Source of the DNA: Candidatus Kerfeldbacteria bacterium
Lineage (GTDB): Bacteria > Patescibacteriota > Patescibacteriia > UBA10025 > JAHIVO01
Direction: 5' to 3'
Length of the DNA stretch: 64,000 nt
NCBI GenBank assembly: GCA_016214565.1
Contig: JACROE010000002.1
Location: forward strand, 1,048,007-1,112,006
Below the pieces are notes generated by a model, which saw nothing but the letters and a program-made list of their open reading frames with translations, was not told where the DNA came from and made no database searches. Of the stretch, positions 58,599-64,000 are shown piece after piece; positions within the stretch are counted from its first letter, which is position 1, and each line of letters begins with the position of its first letter. The position numbers were made by a program, and so were the translations under genes.

Positions 58599-59691
58599 TG
58601 TACGCTTGATTAATAATAGGCTTGATGTCTACCGCTTCCTCAATCACGTCTGCCAAGGTAACACTCAGAGCGACTGAGTCACGCGGTGATACCTTCAATA
58701 AATTATGACCTGCTTTCAGAAACAATGGTAATTCTTGTAAATCGGAGGTAATCACCAATGTTTTACTTGCCATGCTTTCGAGGATACACGATGGATTTGC
58801 CTCGGTTGCTAATAGGTGTGGGTACGGCAAGACAACCACATCAGCCATGCTCACATACTCTTCGATTGGGTCGGCGTGCTTCAGTACTGTAATAATACCA
58901 TGTGTTTGCGTCTCCGCAAGTAACCGGTCATAGGTTCTGAAATCACCCAACCCACTCCAAGCTAATAAAACACGAAATGATTTTTTCGTCCGCTTCATAA
59001 GCGCAGGAATTGCCCGAATCAAATATTCCACACCTTTAACTTCAAGAAAATGACCATAATAGAGTATGACAAACCGATCGGCGAATCCATGTAATTGTTT
59101 AAGTGATTTTTTATCCCGGGGCTTAAATTTTTTTGTGTTAATGTGTGAGGGAATAATTTGGATCCGCTTCGGAGCCACCCCTTTTCGCTCAAGATAATCC
59201 CGCTGAAACTCGGTCTGGACTGTTATTGCGTCAAAAAATCGAGCAACACGACGAGGGAAATATGCCCCTAATCGATATTGTGAAATTGACTTGAACGAAT
59301 GAATAAGCGAAATTCGCCGTCGTAATAACATTTTTGCCAAGACTGCCCGATACATAAGTAAAGGGGCTGCACTAAAGCTATGAAGTACGTCGAAACGAAT
59401 ATTTTGATGCCGCTCAGCCCAACGTACTCCCAGTGCATGCGCAATGACCAGATCAAAAAAATGCAATGGATTATACCCACTACCAATAGCAAATTTAAAA
59501 AACGAGTACGGACGAATAATCTGAATACCAGCCTGAGTCATTTCTGTGTGAGTTAATCCGCGTTCTCGATTTTGTATAATAATCACGGTGTGACCCTGAT
59601 CACGCAAATACTCGGCCAATGAAGTCAGCGTGATCACACTAGCTTCGAGTTGCCTTGGGTCAAATGCTGGAGTTAAAAAAGCAATGTTCAT
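58525..59691 (-). CDS. glycosyltransferase family 4
   Basis: 388 aa GT-B fold. The C-terminal domain carries conserved acidic residues (CILESMASKTLVITSD). Confidence 0.7.
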   Translation of the reverse strand: MNIAFLTPAFDPRQLEASVITLTSLAEYLRDQGHTVIIIQNRERGLTHTEMTQAGIQIIRPYSFFKFAIGSGYNPLHFFDLVIAHALGVRWAERHQNIRFDVLHSFSAAPLLMYRAVLAKMLLRRRISLIHSFKSISQYRLGAYFPRRVARFFDAITVQTEFQRDYLERKGVAPKRIQIIPSHINTKKFKPRDKKSLKQLHGFADRFVILYYGHFLEVKGVEYLIRAIPALMKRTKKSFRVLLAWSGLGDFRTYDRLLAETQTHGIITVLKHADPIEEYVSMADVVVLPYPHLLATEANPSCILESMASKTLVITSDLQELPLFLKAGHNLLKVSPRDSVALSVTLADVIEEAVDIKPIINQAYIESAQFDLDQIGKRYISLYEQATE

Positions 59692-59719
59692 GAGGGTTTA
59701 ATAGAATAGATAATCTGGC

Positions 59720-60838
59720 TCATTGCACATATGTTTGTAAAAGCGCCCAGGTCGATGCTGCTGTACGTTCCCAGGATAATTGACGCTTGACTAACTGATA
59801 CCCCTGTTCTCCAAGTTTTGCGCGCTGTGAATCATGAAGCAGATTTGCCAACGCGCTAGAAAGACCTGGCGCGTCACCAGATGGTACTAATCGGCCGTTT
59901 TCCCCATCAATGAGATACTGGCCAACGTCACCTACATCTGTCGCTACTACCGGTAATCGAGCCGCCCAGGCCTCTAGGAGTGTTAAAGGATGGCCCTCTG
60001 ACAAAGATGGTAGCGCGAACATCCAGGATGACTGATACAGGGCAATTAAGGCCCTTCCAGTAATTTTGCCGAGGAAATCCACTCGCTGACTCATACCCAG
60101 TTCCTGCGCCAATTGCTTGAGCCGCGCTGCTTCGTAGCCATAGCCGACAATGCGCAACCGACTGTCCCTATCTCCAGAAGTAATTAGCGCCTGGTACGCG
60201 TGTAATAATATGTCAACACCCTTCACTGCGTCGAGACGACCAACAAAAAGGATACTTGGATAATCGGTTTTTTCTGCTATCACGCTATCAAATACCGTAA
60301 CGTCCACACCGTTTGGAATAACGGTAATATGTTTATTAACATTCGGCACATTGATGAATGATTGACTCACACTAATAATAGAAGTATAGCGTATCTTAGT
60401 TAAGATAAATCGCTCAATGAAATACTGAATCCCCTCTTTGGCTTTTTGGTTTGTCAATTGCGAGCCGTGGACCACCATAATGACCGGCCGTCGCTTGCAC
60501 CAGCCGACAATTTTTCCAACAATTCCTGGCGTTATGGATTGAGGTACATACACATCCGCGGCTGAATGAAATAATAAATATGCAGTGCTCGCACATAAAA
60601 ACCACGCGCGTACAAAAACATTGCTAAACGAACTCGATGGCCCCAGGGAAACCAGCCGCACTGACGGATCAAGATCATATGCTATTGGCTCACCGCTGAT
60701 ACGCCGAGTAATGATCTCAACGCTGCACCCATATAACCGTACCAGCCGATTGGCCATTTGACGAACATACTCCTGCCCCCCACCGATCAGCGGATACCAA
60801 GCATCGATGATAAATGTTATATGTCGGCTTTGTTTCAT
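59720..60838 (-). CDS. glycosyltransferase family 4
   Basis: GT4 motif LSEGHPLTLLEAWAARLPVVATDVG. Confidence 0.8.
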   Translation of the reverse strand: MKQSRHITFIIDAWYPLIGGGQEYVRQMANRLVRLYGCSVEIITRRISGEPIAYDLDPSVRLVSLGPSSSFSNVFVRAWFLCASTAYLLFHSAADVYVPQSITPGIVGKIVGWCKRRPVIMVVHGSQLTNQKAKEGIQYFIERFILTKIRYTSIISVSQSFINVPNVNKHITVIPNGVDVTVFDSVIAEKTDYPSILFVGRLDAVKGVDILLHAYQALITSGDRDSRLRIVGYGYEAARLKQLAQELGMSQRVDFLGKITGRALIALYQSSWMFALPSLSEGHPLTLLEAWAARLPVVATDVGDVGQYLIDGENGRLVPSGDAPGLSSALANLLHDSQRAKLGEQGYQLVKRQLSWERTAASTWALLQTYVQ

Positions 60839-61962
60839 ACAAGAGTTTGATAATATGAATCCACGGCAGCCGCCTGCTCATGCCACTGATATCGTGCTAA
60901 TAGTGTTGGTAATTCTTTTTGTTTCTGCTGATAGAATGTTTCATTATACAACAGTTGCTCTAATGCTTTTGCCAACACTTCAATGTCACCAACTGGATAC
61001 AAAATTCCACCAACCCCATCTCGAGTCACCTCGCGAATAGCTGGAATATCTGTAGCCACATATGGTCGACCGACAAGTGCTGCCTCAAGCGTCACGATGC
61101 CAAATCCCTCCACCGATGACGGATGGCACAATATGTTACACGACTGCAGCTGACGCAGTACATCTCCATGCTTGGGCAGAAAACCGTGGAATGTGACCAA
61201 AGAAGCAACGCCGAGGTCAACGGCTAATTTCTCCAGAGAATCCGCGGATGGACCTGAACCGATTATATGGCTGTGGACTTCTTTCCCGCGACTGTGTAAT
61301 AACGCCTGAGCATGCAATACGTCGGCCACCCGCTTATAGGGAACCAGCCGACTTACAACACAAAGGCTATGCGCTATTGGCTGGTTGGCGGTAACCGGAG
61401 CGTGCTCATGATCAATACCGTTATACACTACCTGAATACGACATTTAATACGATTCTTTATTTTATCAAAGGTATATTGTGAATTAGCAATGACCCCGTT
61501 CCAGCCAAGGCGTAAATAAATCCGCTCAACGATCTCGCCGATCAAACCAAGCCAGCCAAAAAGTTTGACCCATTGCCCTAACCACAAATCATGCAGAGTT
61601 ATTACTGCGCGTGCTTGATACCGCCGCGCCAAAAAATACCCTGGTATATATGCAACAATCGCCTGAGTATCAATGAGATCGGGTCGCTGGGGTAAACGTA
61701 CGCAGCATATCGACAGTGCAAAGAGAAATCGGCTCCACAAGCCTTGGTGGTGTGTATAATTTCGCGCTGGACCAACACGTAATACAGTAACATCTCCAAT
61801 TTGGCCATACCGCACAGCACCTGGCTCATGGCTCGCAATAACCGTAACCTGATTTTTACGCGCTAATTCCTTGGCAATATAAAAACAACGCGCTTCCACG
61901 CCCCCCCGCATTTCGCGCTCCTCTGTGTGCGGGAAATATTCACTAATGAGTACGATGTTCAT
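60835..61962 (-). CDS. glycosyltransferase family 4
   Basis: GT4 motif SSVEGFGIVTLEAALVGRPYVATD. Confidence 0.8.
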   Translation of the reverse strand: MNIVLISEYFPHTEEREMRGGVEARCFYIAKELARKNQVTVIASHEPGAVRYGQIGDVTVLRVGPARNYTHHQGLWSRFLFALSICCVRLPQRPDLIDTQAIVAYIPGYFLARRYQARAVITLHDLWLGQWVKLFGWLGLIGEIVERIYLRLGWNGVIANSQYTFDKIKNRIKCRIQVVYNGIDHEHAPVTANQPIAHSLCVVSRLVPYKRVADVLHAQALLHSRGKEVHSHIIGSGPSADSLEKLAVDLGVASLVTFHGFLPKHGDVLRQLQSCNILCHPSSVEGFGIVTLEAALVGRPYVATDIPAIREVTRDGVGGILYPVGDIEVLAKALEQLLYNETFYQQKQKELPTLLARYQWHEQAAAVDSYYQTLV

Positions 61963-62290
61963 CCTGCTTCTTCGCGGCTGCTAATGCTTTTTTTCTAACC
62001 AGCTGGGTAATTTCCCGCTCCATAAACTCAAGTTTGACGTACAAGCGAAACACTCCATAAAATAATGCAACAACTGACATGTATACGAGCGCGTCAGCTC
62101 CACGTCCGACACCAACTGACCGAGCTATAATTCCGCTCGCATGCGGCCACCATACAAAAAAGGCAACGGCGCCCCAAAGAAACAGCCAAATAAATAAGGC
62201 GAGATACGTGATTGAACCGCTGCGAAAACGCAAGTACGCCCGTGAGGCAGCAAATAAAACAAATAGTGTAATAAGTATCTTAATAATCAT
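61943..62290 (-). CDS. small membrane protein, DUF2304-like (partner of GT2; possible lipid-linked sugar flippase role)
   Basis: 115 aa with 3 TM helices. In the conserved pairing directly downstream of a Dpm1/GtrB-like GT2. I recall similarity to the DUF2304 family but cannot verify it here. Confidence 0.5.
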   Translation of the reverse strand: MIIKILITLFVLFAASRAYLRFRSGSITYLALFIWLFLWGAVAFFVWWPHASGIIARSVGVGRGADALVYMSVVALFYGVFRLYVKLEFMEREITQLVRKKALAAAKKQDEHRTH

Positions 62291-62961
62291 CGCATGAGTC
62301 GGCCAATAATATATTTGAAAAGTACTTTACCGAACGCCATCGTGCTTTGTCCTTTTTCTGTCGAATACGCGCTGTAATGAATGGTAACAGGCACCTCCAC
62401 AAATCGAAGCTGATTTCGATTAATCTCATCCAAAATTTCCGAGGCGTGGGCCATACGGTCTTGATGAATTTTTATGCGATGTGCAGCGTCTCGAGTAAGC
62501 GCCCGCAACCCATTATGGGTATCGGTTACATTAAGCCCTGAGGCGAAACGCGTAAAAATGACAGCTGCGCGTAGCATTACTTTCCGCAATAACGGCATAT
62601 TTTCTGCAGTATTTTCTAAAAATCTCGAACCAAGCACAATATCAGCTCGACCATCCTGGATCGGCTGCAGCAGCCGATCGATATCGTCGGCATTGTGTTG
62701 GCCATCAGCATCAAATGTCACAATTGCTTCAGCGTCATGCTCAAGTGCATATACAATACCGGTTTTCAATGATGCTCCCTGGCCTCGATTAATTTCGTGT
62801 GTCAGAACAATTGCACCAGCCTGGGCTGCGGTCATTCCTGTACCATCATCTGAGCCGTCATCAATGACAACTACCTGGGGATATCGCTGTCGTACCTGCT
62901 CAACTACGGTAGCAATTCTTTGTCCCTCATTTAATGCTGGAATAATTACAAATGTGTTCAT
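62287..62961 (-). CDS. GT2 polyprenyl-phosphate glycosyltransferase (Dpm1/GtrB/CsbB-like)
   Basis: 224 aa. IIPALNEGQRI..., DDGSDDGT (DxD) and FDADGQH motifs, typical of dolichol/undecaprenyl-phosphate sugar synthases. Confidence 0.8.
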   Translation of the reverse strand: MNTFVIIPALNEGQRIATVVEQVRQRYPQVVVIDDGSDDGTGMTAAQAGAIVLTHEINRGQGASLKTGIVYALEHDAEAIVTFDADGQHNADDIDRLLQPIQDGRADIVLGSRFLENTAENMPLLRKVMLRAAVIFTRFASGLNVTDTHNGLRALTRDAAHRIKIHQDRMAHASEILDEINRNQLRFVEVPVTIHYSAYSTEKGQSTMAFGKVLFKYIIGRLMR

Positions 62962-64000
62962 CGTCCAATCCCTCGATAAATTAATCCGGCGGCGATTATT
63001 TTCTCTTTATCCAAACAATTTTTTCCATCAATTACTACTTTCACATTATTCTTTCTTAGCATTGCGGGCGAAATATTCAAAAACTCACGATGATTAGTGG
63101 CAACGACGATTGCTTCCACGCGTTTAAGTAAAGTAGCTAAATCAGGTGTAGTAGATTCTTTTGGGAAAAAGGGATCAAATACTTCTACGGTTGCACCTTC
63201 TGACTTTAATAGTTTGAGAATATCTAACGCTGGACTTTCGCGTAAGTCGTCAACATCAGCTTTGTAGGAAAGGCCCAATAATCCAATTTTAGTACCCTTG
63301 AGCGGTTTACGCACTTGATTAAGACCCTTCATCAGCAGTTCAACGGTATAAGCCGGCATGCTGTTATTAATGTCGCGAGCCAGCTTAAGAAAACGATGAT
63401 CAAATCCTGCCACCCGTGCCCGCTCAATCAAATAATATGGATCAACAGGAATGCAATGGCCACCAACACCACACGAGGGATAGTGCGCCATAAAAGCAAA
63501 AGGTTTTGTTTTCGAGCCCTCAATCACATCGACTAAATCAATGCCGAGCACCTCAAATGATTTAGCAAGCTCATTAACAAAAGCGATATTAATATCCCGG
63601 AATGAATTTTCAATAATTTTGGTCGCTTCTGCTGCCTTAATTGATTTCATCGGACGAACCTCTCCTTCTAAAATTGATCGATAAAACTTTACCGAGAGCT
63701 GTAGTCCTTTCGCTGACGTAGCGCCAACACACCGGGGAATGTTTCGCACTGTCCAATGCGGATCCCCCGGATTAATCCGTTCCGGGGAATGTGCTAAATA
63801 AAAATCTTTGCCACACACCAAACCCGACCCCTTTTCCAATATCGGTTGAATTATTTCCTCACAAACGCCCGGATTGACGGTTGATTCCATAATGACTAAT
63901 TGACCGCGCTTCAAAAAACGAGCAATACTCTTACTCGCGCTGCGAACCGGTTCCAGGTCGGGGTTGTGGCGCTCATCAATTGGCGTTGGCACGCAAATCA
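62958..64000 (-). CDS. nucleotide-sugar dehydrogenase (UDP-glucose/GDP-mannose dehydrogenase family; WbpA/WecC-like), 5' end beyond window
   Basis: Central and C-terminal UDPG_MGDP_dh domains, with the catalytic Cys in YPSCGVGGHCIPVDP. The N-terminal Rossmann part (~80 aa) is missing because the window ends. The track's Met at 63992 is internal. Confidence 0.8.
   Translation of the reverse strand, partial: ICVPTPIDERHNPDLEPVRSASKSIARFLKRGQLVIMESTVNPGVCEEIIQPILEKGSGLVCGKDFYLAHSPERINPGDPHWTVRNIPRCVGATSAKGLQLSVKFYRSILEGEVRPMKSIKAAEATKIIENSFRDINIAFVNELAKSFEVLGIDLVDVIEGSKTKPFAFMAHYPSCGVGGHCIPVDPYYLIERARVAGFDHRFLKLARDINNSMPAYTVELLMKGLNQVRKPLKGTKIGLLGLSYKADVDDLRESPALDILKLLKSEGATVEVFDPFFPKESTTPDLATLLKRVEAIVVATNHREFLNISPAMLRKNNVKVVIDGKNCLDKEKIIAAGLIYRGIGR

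Overview
This 64 kb window is a gene-dense bacterial chromosomal segment with about 64 CDS, short intergenic gaps and many 4-nt ATGA or overlapping gene junctions. It reads in the standard genetic code, because TGA acts as a stop at the pilM/pilN ATGA junction. I found no rRNA, tRNA, CRISPR array, transposase or integrase.

The window falls into four blocks.

(1) 1-15.2 kb, mostly one minus-strand core operon. It holds a partial dcw cell-wall cluster in the order mraY, a NUDIX hydrolase, an alpha/beta-hydrolase::MurD fusion, ftsW, murG, murC and murB. That is followed by secA, an AAC(6')-I-like GNAT acetyltransferase, two small membrane proteins, a KefB-type cation/H+ antiporter with an RCK domain, and a secreted FG-GAP repeat protein that runs off the window edge.

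(2) 15.1-25.7 kb, plus strand. A GT39/PMT-like GT-C glycosyltransferase sits directly upstream of a type IV pilus operon with a strong sigma70-like promoter. The operon is pilB, pilC, a modular pilin with a LamG/ConA-like lectin domain, a non-canonical pilin-like protein, a giant PilX_N protein with beta-helix-like repeats, then pilM, pilN, pilO and a small membrane protein. A stand-alone rpmA follows.

(3) 26-32.4 kb, housekeeping: pyrG, rplI, an acylphosphatase, a C-terminal processing protease, murA, and a PEGA/beta-propeller membrane protein.

(4) 32.4-64 kb, surface-glycan biosynthesis. A roughly 9.5 kb minus-strand operon runs GT-C, secreted 570-aa hypothetical, membrane protein, ahcY, NUDIX, rfbB, HD hydrolase, rfbD, rfbC, rfbA. 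A plus-strand cluster closely parallels the Pseudomonas aeruginosa O5 / Bordetella wlb pathway for UDP-2,3-diacetamido-2,3-dideoxy-hexuronic acid (WbpB-, WbpD- and WbpE-like). It continues with a second oxidoreductase/SDR/aminotransferase/acetyltransferase set and a WbpG/WbuX-type amidotransferase with HisH- and HisF-like partners, which is an acetamidino-forming module. Then come a Wzx flippase, six GT4 glycosyltransferases, a large polytopic membrane protein (candidate Wzy or GT-C), a SAM methyltransferase, a GT2 Dpm1/GtrB-like enzyme with a DUF2304-like small membrane protein, and a partial UDP-sugar dehydrogenase at the edge.

Gene content suggests a small-genome organism with a Gram-positive-type envelope, possibly CPR/Patescibacteria-like. 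That is inference only. The features are a T4P set without a secretin, gene fusions and very compact operons.

The most unusual items are the hydrolase::MurD fusion, the nucleotide hydrolases (two NUDIX, one HD) embedded in the peptidoglycan and rhamnose operons, the lectin-domain pilin and giant PilX-like adhesin candidate, the GT-C enzyme next to the pilus operon, and an acetamidino-sugar pathway of Pseudomonas O5 type.
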